64,000 nt of DNA from Kiritimatiellia bacterium (GTDB taxonomy: Bacteria > Verrucomicrobiota > Kiritimatiellia > CAIQIC01 > Lenti-01), in the NCBI GenBank assembly GCA_040768005.1, contig JAXGNL010000009.1, positions 1,471 to 65,470 on the forward strand, in the 5' to 3' direction. Within the stretch, counting starts at the first letter, position 1; the number at the start of each line of letters is the position of its first letter. Shown here one piece after another: positions 8,742 through 17,192 of this stretch. The notes under the pieces were generated by a model. It was not told the DNA's origin and ran no database searches. It saw only the letters and a program-made list of their open reading frames with translations. The position numbers and the translations under genes are program-made.

Positions 8742-9147
8742 TCAGTCTTCGACGACGAGTTCGGGGGCGTAGCGGTTGTGGGAGGCGTTGAGGGAATTCG
8801 CCGGAGAGGGCGAGGCACTGCTTGGGGCAGATTTCGGTGCACTGCGCACTGGATGCACTGGGGAGACGAAAATGCGGATTTTCTTGACGGGGGGGGATGG
8901 CTTCGATGGCGTGGGCCGGGCAGACCTTGATGCAGAGGTTGCAGCCGATGCAGGTTTCGCGGTTGTAGGTCATTTTGCCGCGCAGTTTGTCGGGGACGGG
9001 GACGGTGGGATTCAGCCGGGCCTCGCCTTTGCCGACCTGTTCGAGCAGGCCGGTGACGGTGGGGGGCAGGTGGGCGGCGGGGAAGGGGTTGGTGTTGGGT
9101 TTGCGGAGAAGCTGTCCGAGGACTTCGTGGACCATGGGGAAGGGCAT
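8742..9147 (-). pseudogene. mbhN: Mbh hydrogenase 2x[4Fe-4S] ferredoxin subunit (NuoI/EchF-like), 3' half split over frames as read
   Basis: ATG 9147 after AAGGAG. MPFPMVHEVLGQLL...CIGCNLCIKVCPAHAIEAIPP. A C8 run follows. The second cluster is recovered only by joining frames: VKKIRIFVS / QCIQCA / QCTEICPKQCLALSGEF / LNASHNRYAPELVVED-stop. Confidence 0.7.
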
Positions 9148-9157
9148 GTCGGCTCCT

Positions 9158-10165
9158 TTACTGGATGCGGGCGTCGGCGATGACGAGGAGAAGGCCCAGG
9201 AGGGCGAGGGCGCCCAGGGCTTTCCAGTAGATGTCCACCACCTGGTTGATGCGGAAGCGGGCCACGGAGACCCGGACGAGGGAGACGGAAAAGAACAGGA
9301 CAAGGAGGGCCTTGACGATGAAGAAGGCGGCATCCGCGGCGCCGGCCGTCAGGGGGGAGGAAAAAGCGATCCATCGGGACAGGTTCCAGGGGAAGAAAAG
9401 GGCGACGAGCAGGGAGACGACGACGACGGTTTTGACGGCGAAGGAGAGGGTGAAGAGGGCGAGGTTGCGGCCGGAGTACTCGACGATGAGACCGCCGGCG
9501 ATTTCGGTTTCAGCCTCGGGGGCGTCGAAGGGGATGCGCCCGAGTTCGCCGGGGACGACGAGGACCATGGTGGCCAGCAGGAGAAAGACGCCGACGGCGC
9601 CGAGGGGGCCGACGAGGGACCAGATGGGCGTGGCGGCGAGGGAGGAGAGGGCGAAGGGGGCGGGGGAGCCGGCCTGGACGAGTTTCCAGGCGAAGGCGAT
9701 GATGGTGGTGGCGAGGGGCAGTTCGTAGGCGATCATGGTGACCATTTCGCGCTGGGCGCCGATGGTGGCGTAGGGAGAGCCGGAGGACAGGCCGCCGGCG
9801 ACCATGGCGAGGGCGGGAATGGCGAGGAGGTAGAGGATGAGGACGAGGTCGCCGTAGGCGCCGAGGACGGGGAGGAAGCCGAAGGAGGCCATGGGGATAT
9901 AGAGCAGGAGGGTGATGGAGGCGGCGAGGGCGACCAGGGGCGCGCCGTTGAAGAGCCACGGAATGGCGTTGGAGGGGACGATATTCTGCTTGGTCAGGAG
10001 CTTGGCAATGTCAATGAACGGCTGGCGGACGGGGGGGCCGATACGCGCCTGCATGCGGGCGGCGACGACGCGGTCGAGGCCGGCGACCCAGAGGCCGGCG
10101 AGGATGCCGAAGACGCTCATGGCGGCGGCGCCGCCGATGGCCAGAAGAATGGGGGCGATGTTCAT
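9158..10165 (-). CDS. mbhM: Mbh hydrogenase membrane subunit (NuoH/HycD/EchB-like)
   Basis: 335 aa. RMQARIGPP..., AQREMVTMIAYELPL and PFDAPEAETEIAGG are NuoH-family motifs. Confidence 0.85.
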   Translation of the reverse strand: MNIAPILLAIGGAAAMSVFGILAGLWVAGLDRVVAARMQARIGPPVRQPFIDIAKLLTKQNIVPSNAIPWLFNGAPLVALAASITLLLYIPMASFGFLPVLGAYGDLVLILYLLAIPALAMVAGGLSSGSPYATIGAQREMVTMIAYELPLATTIIAFAWKLVQAGSPAPFALSSLAATPIWSLVGPLGAVGVFLLLATMVLVVPGELGRIPFDAPEAETEIAGGLIVEYSGRNLALFTLSFAVKTVVVVSLLVALFFPWNLSRWIAFSSPLTAGAADAAFFIVKALLVLFFSVSLVRVSVARFRINQVVDIYWKALGALALLGLLLVIADARIQ

Positions 10166-10174
10166 GGGCGGATC

Positions 10175-11429
10175 CTATCGGGCCGGGGAGGCCTGGATGC
10201 GGCGGGTTTTTTCGACGGAGAGGCGGTGGAGGTCGTCCTTGGTCAGGATGCGGCGGTCGCCGTCCTTGAGGAGGGCGACGCGGTCGGTGCAGGAGATGCA
10301 CGGATCGATGGAGGCGGCGATGATGGGGATGTCGGCGATCTGTTCGCCTTCCATCATGGGAATCCAGGCCATGTAGTTGGAGTAGGAGGAGGCCTTGACC
10401 TTCCAGGCGACGGGCTCATCCTTGCCGGCTTCGAGGCGGACGTAGTGCATGACTTCGCCGCGGGGGGCCTCGTGGCGGCCGACGGCTTCGCCGGCGGCGC
10501 CCTTGAGCTTGGCGAGGAGGACGGCGGGCTTGGGAATGGCGAGCAGGGGCCCGTCGGGCATCTGGGCCAGGAGTTGGCGGACGATGCCGATGGACTGCCT
10601 GACCTCGAGGAGGCGGGTGACGATGCGGTCATAGACGTCGCCGCGGACTTCGCCGGTGAGCAGGTCGGGGGTTTGGTATTCGATTTCGATGTCGGCGTAG
10701 GCGGCGTAGGGGTGGTCCACGCGGACATCCTTTTTGATGCCGGAGGCGCGGGCGGTGGGGCCGACGGGGCAGAGTTCGCGGGCTTCGTCGTAGGTCAGCA
10801 CGCCGCAGTCGCGGCAGCGCATCTGGACGGTGGTGTCATCGAGGAAGACGGCGGCGAGTTTGCCGTAGGCCTCCTCGAAAAACTTCATGGATTCCTCGAT
10901 GCGGGGAAACTGATCGGGGACGATGTCGCGACGGACGCCGCCGATCTGGATCATGGCGTAATGGACGCGGTTGCCGGTGAGGTACTCGAGGAGGTCCATG
11001 ACGTTTTCACGGACGCGCCAGGCCATATAGAAGGCGGAATCGAAGCCGAGTTCGTGGGCGGCGACGCGGCCAAGAGGAGGTGGGGAGTGGATGCGTTCGA
11101 GTTCGCCTACGACGATGGAGCGGACTCTAGTGGGCGCGGTTGGGGACCTGGATCTGGGCGATCTGCTCGACGGCGCGGACGAAGGAAATGGAATGGGTAA
11201 TGCCGCAGATGCCGCAGATGCGCTCGGCGAGGTACATGACCTGGATGCAGTTGCGGCGCATGCCCATCCATTCGATGCCGCGATGGGCCATGCCGGGGGC
11301 GAAGTCGGCCTTTTTGATCCGTTCGCCCTCGATATCGAGGGTGAACATGACGGGCTCCTTGAGCGCGGGGTGCGCGGGGCCGATCTGCGTGGTGTAGCCG
11401 GAGGGCTTTTTGACTTCGATGGTTTTCAT
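10175..11429 (-). pseudogene. mbhL: [NiFe]-hydrogenase large (catalytic) subunit, group 4, interrupted near codon 100 as read
   Basis: N-terminal ORF 11127-11429 carries GPAHPALKEP and the RICGICGITHS motif. C-terminal ORF 10175-11026 ends with DPCISCTDR. Between them, a TAG at 11127-11129 and a +1 frame change; RVRSIVVGELERIHS...RVAAHELGFDSAFYMAW is read in the next frame. Confidence 0.8.
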
Positions 11430-11438
11430 AAATCCACT

Positions 11439-12068
11439 TTAGACAGGATTGACAGGATTGACAGGATCGGGAGGGGGCGGGGCAGCCGGCGCGGCGGGTT
11501 TTTCGGGGGGCGGGGGGAAGTCTTTGAACTGGCAGGAGTCGCGGCCGGTGGCCCAGAGGTCCTTGATCATGTCGGCAGGGATGCCGGTTTCGTCCTTGCG
11601 CCAGGGGAAGACGCCTTCGGGGAAGTCTTCGGGAAGGAAGAGGCGGCGGCCGTCGGGGATGTCCACGACTTCGATGCCGACCATCTCCTGTTTTTCGCGT
11701 TCGCTGGTGAGGGCGCCGGGGATGATGCCGCAGATGGAGGGCACGCGCAGGTCGGCTTTGTCGAGGGGGACGGTGAAGGTGACGAGGATCTCCTGGCCGG
11801 GGATGCCCCAGTACACATAGAAGTGGTACATGAGTTCGACGGCGGGGCCGGTGTCGGCGGAGGCGATGACGGACACATGGGGATAATGGATGTCCACGAG
11901 GCGCTTCAGCGCGGGGATCAGGGCGTCGCGGTTCAGGCGGACCCAGACCTGGTGGCTTTTGCGGCCCTTGAGGCCTTCGGCCCACTCGGTGGTGCGCGCG
12001 TCAAGGAAGCCGGAGCCGGCGGCGGTCCGGAGGGCATCGGCGATTTCCTGGGGAGTCAGCAGATTCAT
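11439..12068 (-). CDS. mbhK: Mbh hydrogenase NuoC-like subunit
   Basis: 209 aa. ...VELMYHFYVYW...EREKQEMVGIEV...PEDFPEGVFPWRKD is NuoC/HycE-N-like. The C-terminal PVNPVNPV is encoded by a GACAGGATT tandem. Confidence 0.8.
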   Translation of the reverse strand: MNLLTPQEIADALRTAAGSGFLDARTTEWAEGLKGRKSHQVWVRLNRDALIPALKRLVDIHYPHVSVIASADTGPAVELMYHFYVYWGIPGQEILVTFTVPLDKADLRVPSICGIIPGALTSEREKQEMVGIEVVDIPDGRRLFLPEDFPEGVFPWRKDETGIPADMIKDLWATGRDSCQFKDFPPPPEKPAAPAAPPPPDPVNPVNPV

Positions 12069-12499
12069 GATGCGGCATTCTCCTTGGCTTCGAGGCGGGC
12101 GAGGGCCTTGACGACGCCGTCAATGATGGCTTCGGGCCGGGGGGGGCAGCCGGGAACGTACATGTCCACGGGGATGACCTGGTCCACGGGACCGACGAGG
12201 GTGTAGGAATCGTAGAAGGCGCCGCCGGTGGTGCCGCAGGCACCGACGCAGACGACGAGTTTGGGGTCGGGCATCTGGTCGTACACGCGGCGGAGGCGGG
12301 GGGCCATCTTGCGGGTGACGGGACCGCTGATCAGCAGGAGATCGGCATGACGCGGGGAGCCGACGACCTTGATGCCGAACCGTTCGAGGTCGTAGCGGGG
12401 GGTGACGCAGGCCACGGATTCGATTTCGCAGCCGTTGCAGGAGCCCGAATTGAACAGGAAGGCCCAGAGGGATTTGCCGAGGGTTTGGGAGAGTTTCAT
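12065..12499 (-). CDS. mbhJ: [NiFe]-hydrogenase small subunit, NuoB-like
   Basis: 144 aa. SGSCNGCEIE, ...VCVGACG..., YVPGCPPRPEAI. Confidence 0.9.
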   Translation of the reverse strand: MKLSQTLGKSLWAFLFNSGSCNGCEIESVACVTPRYDLERFGIKVVGSPRHADLLLISGPVTRKMAPRLRRVYDQMPDPKLVVCVGACGTTGGAFYDSYTLVGPVDQVIPVDMYVPGCPPRPEAIIDGVVKALARLEAKENAAS

Positions 12500-12597
12500 T
12501 TCAAGGGGCTTTCAATATCCAATGTCCAACAAGGAATTTTCAATGTCCAAGGGATGGAAAGTTTCCATTCTGAATCCTGAATTCTGAATCCTGACTC

Positions 12598-12939
12598 CTA
12601 TACCGTTAGGGCGATGACGAGCATGAGGGCCATGACGCCGAGGAGCCAGGCGACGTAATCGGAGGGGATGCCGGTGTGAAAGGGGACGAGTCGGCTGTAG
12701 TAGGCCTTCATGGCCTCGGTGAATCCCCAGTAGAGGTTGGAGGCGGGGATGTGGCCGCCGGCGTTTTCGGGTTCTTCGTTGCCGGAGATGAACGGCTTGA
12801 GGGCGTCGCCGCTGCGGTTGTCGGGGCGTCCGCGGGAGCGGACGAGCCAGGCGACGCCGAAGGCGACAGCGAAGCCGACGAGCCAGAGGAGGGGATTCCA
12901 GGCGCCGGCGCCGGTTTGCAGGGTCCAGGGGATATCCAT
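12598..12939 (-). CDS. mbhI: Mbh small membrane subunit (MbhI position)
   Basis: 113 aa with two TM helices. Sits between the MrpD-like and NuoB-like genes, as in Pyrococcus mbh. Assignment is by synteny. Confidence 0.6.
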   Translation of the reverse strand: MDIPWTLQTGAGAWNPLLWLVGFAVAFGVAWLVRSRGRPDNRSGDALKPFISGNEEPENAGGHIPASNLYWGFTEAMKAYYSRLVPFHTGIPSDYVAWLLGVMALMLVIALTV

Positions 12940-12940
12940 C

Positions 12941-14518
12941 TCAATGTCCTCCGAGAATGGCGGCGATGTAGCCGGCGCGGTCGACGAGGGCGTTGACGGC
13001 GGGGGCGATCATGCGGTCGACGAATGCCTGCGGGACGAGGCCGGCAAGGATGACGAAGGCGGCGAGGATGGCCATGCCGGCGATCATGGGGGCGGGGACT
13101 TCGCGGACGCCGGCGAACTCGGCGCGGGGCGGGCCCATGAACATGGAGTGGAAGACCTTCACGAAGGAGGCCAGGGTGAGGATGCTGACGACCATGGCGA
13201 GGATGGCGAGGAAGGGGGAGAAGCGGAAGACGGATTCGTAGATGAGGAGCTTGGAGGCAAAGCCGTTGAAGGGGGGGATGCCGGCGATGGCGAGCGCGCC
13301 GATCATGAAGAAGACCATGGTCCAGGGCATGGCGTGGCCGAGGCCGCCGAGGCGGTTGAGGTTGCGGGTGCCGGTGCGGTAGAAGACGGCGCCGGCGGTG
13401 AGGAAGAGGAGGCCCTTGTACATGGCGTGGTTGATGATGTGGAAGAGGCCGCCGGCCATGGCGGTTTTGCCGTAGGCGGCCAGCGCGCCGGCATCCGCGA
13501 AGACGGCGAGGCCGACGCCGACGCCGAGGAGCATGTAGCCGGTCTGCGAGACGGCGTGATAGGCCATGAGGCGTTTGACGTCCTTCTGGGGGATGGCCAT
13601 GGTGACGCCGACGAAGGCGGAAAGGGCGCCGAGGATGACGAGAAACCAGCCGAAGACGGCCCAGTTGAAGCGCAGCAGGTCGCCGTAGAGCGTGAAGAGG
13701 ATCCGGAAGAGGCCGTAGAGGCTGGCCTGGCTGGACACGACGAGCAGGGCGGTGATGGAGGATGGGGCGGTGGTATAGGTGTCGGGGGTCCAGAAGTGCA
13801 TGGGCACGGCGCCGCACTTCATGGCCAGCGGCACGGCCAGCAGGACCAGGGCGATCATGTCGAGGGCGCCGAACCGGAGCCGGGAGGCGACGGTGGCGAT
13901 GTTCAGCGCGTTGTACTGGGCGAAGAGGATGCCGATGGCCATCAGGACGCTGAGGGCGCCCACGGTGCTGAGCAGGGCGTACTTCAGGCCGCCCTCGACC
14001 GCTTCGCCCTGGTCAATCCGGTAGGCGACGAGGGCGGCGCCGGCCAGCGAGGAGATTTCGAGGAAGACGAAGAAGTTGAACAGGTCGCCGGTGGAGACCA
14101 TGCCGAGGACGCCGGCGACGAGCAGGAAGAGCATGGAATAGAAGCCGTCCTTGCCGGACTGGCGGGATTCGGCGGCGAGGGAATAGAGGGTGATGGCCAG
14201 GGAGGAGAGCGCGGCAATGACGACCATGAGGGCGCCGAGGGCGTCCACCTGGAAGATGATGCGGATGGGGATGCCGCCGGAATCCATGGGAATGGCGGCA
14301 TGGGGGGCGGCGGCGCCGAAGACATAGAGGACGGTGCCGCCGGCGAAGACGCGGGCGGCGAGGGCAAGGCCGGCCAGCGAGGTCAGGGCCGCGCCGAGGA
14401 TCACGAGGGCGGAGCGGACGGTGCCGCCCGCGCGCCCGGCGAGGGGGATGAGGAAGGCGGTGAAGAGGGGAATGGCGACCAGCAGGGCCGGCAAATGGAG
14501 GGCGAGCGAGTCCATCAT
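12941..14518 (-). CDS. mbhH: MrpD/NuoL-like antiporter-type membrane subunit
   Basis: 525 aa, polytopic, proton-conducting membrane transporter family (...HFWTPDTYTTAPSSITALL..., ...HIINHAMYKGLLFLTAGAV...). Confidence 0.85.
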   Translation of the reverse strand: MMDSLALHLPALLVAIPLFTAFLIPLAGRAGGTVRSALVILGAALTSLAGLALAARVFAGGTVLYVFGAAAPHAAIPMDSGGIPIRIIFQVDALGALMVVIAALSSLAITLYSLAAESRQSGKDGFYSMLFLLVAGVLGMVSTGDLFNFFVFLEISSLAGAALVAYRIDQGEAVEGGLKYALLSTVGALSVLMAIGILFAQYNALNIATVASRLRFGALDMIALVLLAVPLAMKCGAVPMHFWTPDTYTTAPSSITALLVVSSQASLYGLFRILFTLYGDLLRFNWAVFGWFLVILGALSAFVGVTMAIPQKDVKRLMAYHAVSQTGYMLLGVGVGLAVFADAGALAAYGKTAMAGGLFHIINHAMYKGLLFLTAGAVFYRTGTRNLNRLGGLGHAMPWTMVFFMIGALAIAGIPPFNGFASKLLIYESVFRFSPFLAILAMVVSILTLASFVKVFHSMFMGPPRAEFAGVREVPAPMIAGMAILAAFVILAGLVPQAFVDRMIAPAVNALVDRAGYIAAILGGH

Positions 14519-14871
14519 CCGTTGAGCTTTCTGATGTTCCGGACATCCACGGTTCCGTACTTCTTGTAGATCACCATGGCGAACGACAGCATCATGGCGG
14601 AGGTGGCCACGCCGATGACGATGGCGGTCAGGGTGAGGGCCTGCACGGTGGGCAGGACCATGAGGGTCTGGGGGGCGTTGGTGAAGATGGGGGCGATGCC
14701 GTCCTGGCGGTAGCCGATGGCGACGAGGAACAGGTTGACGGCGGATTCCATCAGGGAGAGCCCCATCAGCATCTTGATGAGGTTGCGCTTGAAGAGGAGG
14801 GCGCCGAGGGCCAGCAGGAGCAGGACGGCGACGGTCAGGAAGGGCATGGCCAGCAGCAGGCGGGTGATCAT
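14515..14871 (-). CDS. mbhG: MrpC/NuoK-like subunit
   Basis: Internal ATG 14871: MITRLLLAMPFLTVAVLLLL...MESAVNLFLVAIGY. The upstream part of the track ORF is Arg/Pro-rich and non-coding. Confidence 0.8.
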   Translation of the reverse strand: MITRLLLAMPFLTVAVLLLLALGALLFKRNLIKMLMGLSLMESAVNLFLVAIGYRQDGIAPIFTNAPQTLMVLPTVQALTLTAIVIGVATSAMMLSFAMVIYKKYGTVDVRNIRKLNG

Positions 14872-15335
14872 GGCTCGGACTCCTTCAGGCCGGAGAGCAT
14901 ATAGAGCAGGATGACGGTGAGGCCGCCGAGGACTTCGATGCCGACGGCGATGTTCAAGAGCGGGATGAGGCCGGCGGTGTTGAGGACGCCGGGGTTGGCG
15001 CCGAAGGCGACGGGTTCGCCGAAGAGCCCGCCGGCGCCCGCGAGCCGGTTGTGCAAGAAGGCGCCGCCGGCGAACAGGCCGGCGAGGCCGGCGGTGATGA
15101 ACATCAGCAGGCCGACGGCTTCGCAGAGCTTCATGGTGTTCTGGCGCAGGCTTTGGATGATGTCGGCATAGCGGCGCGAGACGAGCAGGAGGGCCGCGCC
15201 GGTGGCCATGACGGCGCCGCCCTGGAACCCGCCGCCGGGGGTCAGGTGGCCGTGGAGAACGACGTAGAGCCCGAAAACGAGGCAAAAGGGATAGAACAGG
15301 TCGGCGGTGGTTCGCACGATCTTAGTCATGTTCAT
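14868..15335 (-). CDS. mbhF: MrpB (MnhB-domain) subunit
   Basis: 155 aa. HGHLTPGGGFQGGAV is the MnhB signature. Confidence 0.8.
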   Translation of the reverse strand: MNMTKIVRTTADLFYPFCLVFGLYVVLHGHLTPGGGFQGGAVMATGAALLLVSRRYADIIQSLRQNTMKLCEAVGLLMFITAGLAGLFAGGAFLHNRLAGAGGLFGEPVAFGANPGVLNTAGLIPLLNIAVGIEVLGGLTVILLYMLSGLKESEP

Positions 15336-15606
15336 ATTCTTCTCCGGGCTTGAGCTTGCGGAACATCATGCCGACGCCGAGGACGGCGGTGAACAGGACG
15401 GTGGCTTCGCCGAGGGTGTCGAAGCCGCGGAAGTCGAAGACGACGGAGGTGACGACATTGTTGGCGGCGGCCTGATCCTGGGCGTGGGCCAGGAAGTAGT
15501 CGTCCATGTCGGTGCGGGCGGGTTTCCCGAAGGGCAGGCCGACGGCGATCTGGAGGAAGCCGGCCAGCAGGACCAGGAGGATGGCGGTAAAGAGGGCGGT
15601 GCGCAT
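15322..15606 (-). CDS. mbhE: Mbh small membrane subunit (MbhE position)
   Basis: ATG 15606: MRTALFTAILLVLLAGF...NVVTSVVFDFRGFDTLGE, MrpA C-terminal-like. Assignment is by synteny. Confidence 0.65.
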   Translation of the reverse strand: MRTALFTAILLVLLAGFLQIAVGLPFGKPARTDMDDYFLAHAQDQAAANNVVTSVVFDFRGFDTLGEATVLFTAVLGVGMMFRKLKPGEEYEHD

Positions 15607-15860
15607 CAGTCCTTCTCCTCGTAGCGCTGGGTGCCGCGGATGGCGATGATGAAGATGGCGGTGGTGAGGCCGGCGCCGATGCCGGCCTCGGCGATGGCGA
15701 CGTCGGGGGCCTGGAGCAGGTAGAATTCCAGCGCCAGCAGCAGGCTGAAGGCGGCGAAGGCGATGGCGGAGGAGAGCAGGTCCTTGAACGCAATCACCAG
15801 GACGGCGGTGACGATCAGGCCGAGCAGCAGGAGGGCTTGCAGCAGCAGCAGCGGGGTCAT
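15606..15860 (-). CDS. mbhD: Mbh small membrane subunit (MbhD position, DUF4040-like)
   Basis: ATG 15860: MTPLLLLQALLLLGLIVTAVLVIAFKDLLSSAI...QAPDVAIAEAGIG. Confidence 0.65.
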   Translation of the reverse strand: MTPLLLLQALLLLGLIVTAVLVIAFKDLLSSAIAFAAFSLLLALEFYLLQAPDVAIAEAGIGAGLTTAIFIIAIRGTQRYEEKD

Positions 15861-16213
15861 GGGGCGGGTTCCTCCAGCTTGTCCACCACGGCCTGCGCGG
15901 GCTTGTGGCCGCGGCGGCGGGCGGCGCGGGCAATGGCATGCGCGCCGGTGGCGTTGGTGATGGCCAGGACGACAACGGCGACCAGCGTGTGCAGCAGGAG
16001 CGTGGCGTACTGGCCGTCGGCGGTCTCGAACAGGCGGCCGAGGGCGTAGAGCGCCACGGCCAGCGACGTGAAAATGGAGCCGAAAGTGGTGGCCTTGGTG
16101 TCGGCGTGCAGCCGGGTATAGACGTCGGGGAAGCGCAGGATGCCGAACACGCCCAGGGCGTTGAAAAACAGTCCGATCGCGATGGCGGCGCCGATGAGCA
16201 GGTTGAGGATCAC
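15857..16213 (-). CDS. mbhC: MrpG/MnhG-like subunit
   Basis: GTG 16213 overlaps the upstream stop (GTGA). VILNLLIGAAIAIGLFFNALGVFGILRFPDVYTRLHADTKATTFG is the MnhG signature. Confidence 0.8.
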   Translation of the reverse strand: MILNLLIGAAIAIGLFFNALGVFGILRFPDVYTRLHADTKATTFGSIFTSLAVALYALGRLFETADGQYATLLLHTLVAVVVLAITNATGAHAIARAARRRGHKPAQAVVDKLEEPAP

Positions 16214-16464
16214 AGTTCGCCTCCGAGGTACTTGGCGATATAGAGCGTGCCCACGAACGACAGCAGGGCATAGACGATGGCGACATCCACGAAGAGGATC
16301 TGCCGGAAGGCGGCCGCCAGCACGATCATCGAGGCGACGACGAGGGTGTTGATGGCGTCGAGCGCGACGACGCGGTCGGCGGAGGTGGGCCCCTTGAAGA
16401 GCCGCACCATCGCCAGCAGCATCAGCGCGGCCAGCACCGTGACGGTGAACAACCAGATGCTCAT
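16210..16464 (-). CDS. mbhB: MrpF/MnhF-like subunit
   Basis: 84 aa. ...LFKGPTSADRVVALDAINTLVV... Confidence 0.8.
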   Translation of the reverse strand: MSIWLFTVTVLAALMLLAMVRLFKGPTSADRVVALDAINTLVVASMIVLAAAFRQILFVDVAIVYALLSFVGTLYIAKYLGGEL

Positions 16465-16991
16465 TCGGCGATCCTCCGGATCCAGCTGGGGCAGTCAAAG
16501 GTCGAGAAGACCTCGCGCGCCTCCAGCGACTCGCGGGTTTCGATGCCTTGGGGGACGTTGATCATGTGGACAAACAGGTCGTTGGTGTCTTCGTCGATTC
16601 CGACGGTGAGGGTGCCGGGGGTGAGGGTGATGGAGTTGGCCAGCATCAGGACGCCGAGGTCGGACTGCATGCCGGAGCGGACGCGGACGATGCCCGGGCG
16701 GATGCGGCCGGTGATGACCCGGTAGGCGACATCCACGTTCGCCTTGGCCATTTCCAGGAAGAACGGGCCGCAGACATAGCCGATGGCGCGGACCCAGCGC
16801 ATGGGCTGGAGCGCCGCCCGGCGGCGGGGATCGCAGAAGAATCCCCGGGCGACCCAGCCGACAACGGCGGCCAGGATCACGCCGGCCAGCAGGTCGGCGC
16901 CCGACCACAGACCCAGCAGGCGGCCGGATCCGGCCGTGAGCAATAGATAGACAACAAATGAAAAGCAACCCGTGGCAATAAAAGAGGCCAT
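16461..16991 (-). CDS. mbhA: MrpE/MnhE-like subunit
   Basis: ATG 16991: MASFIATGCFSFVVYLLL...ANVDVAYRVITGRIRPGIVRV...ANSITLTPGTLTV. Confidence 0.8.
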   Translation of the reverse strand: MASFIATGCFSFVVYLLLTAGSGRLLGLWSGADLLAGVILAAVVGWVARGFFCDPRRRAALQPMRWVRAIGYVCGPFFLEMAKANVDVAYRVITGRIRPGIVRVRSGMQSDLGVLMLANSITLTPGTLTVGIDEDTNDLFVHMINVPQGIETRESLEAREVFSTFDCPSWIRRIAE

Positions 16992-17014
16992 ATTTGTCCA
17001 ATCCGTGAAAAATC

Positions 17015-17029
17015 GCCAAGACTGTGCCA
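17015..17029 (-). promoter_or_regulatory. candidate sigma54 (-24/-12) promoter upstream of mbhA
   Basis: Minus strand reads TGGCACAGTCTTGGC, against the consensus TGGCAC-N5-TTGC. It lies about 25 nt upstream of the mbhA ATG. One mismatch in the -12 box and a very short leader. Confidence 0.3.
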
Positions 17030-17192
17030 GAGCCAAACCGCCTTGGCCAGCGCAAAATGTACTTTTCGGCAGTGCGGCCCGAAGGAGTAAAGCGCTTGAC
17101 AGCGGCGAATCTGTATCCATGGCGTGCGCCGGGAGGCGGAAATCCTCCAGAGAGGAGGAGCGGCCCGGTCAGCCGGGCGATGTCCGGCGGCT

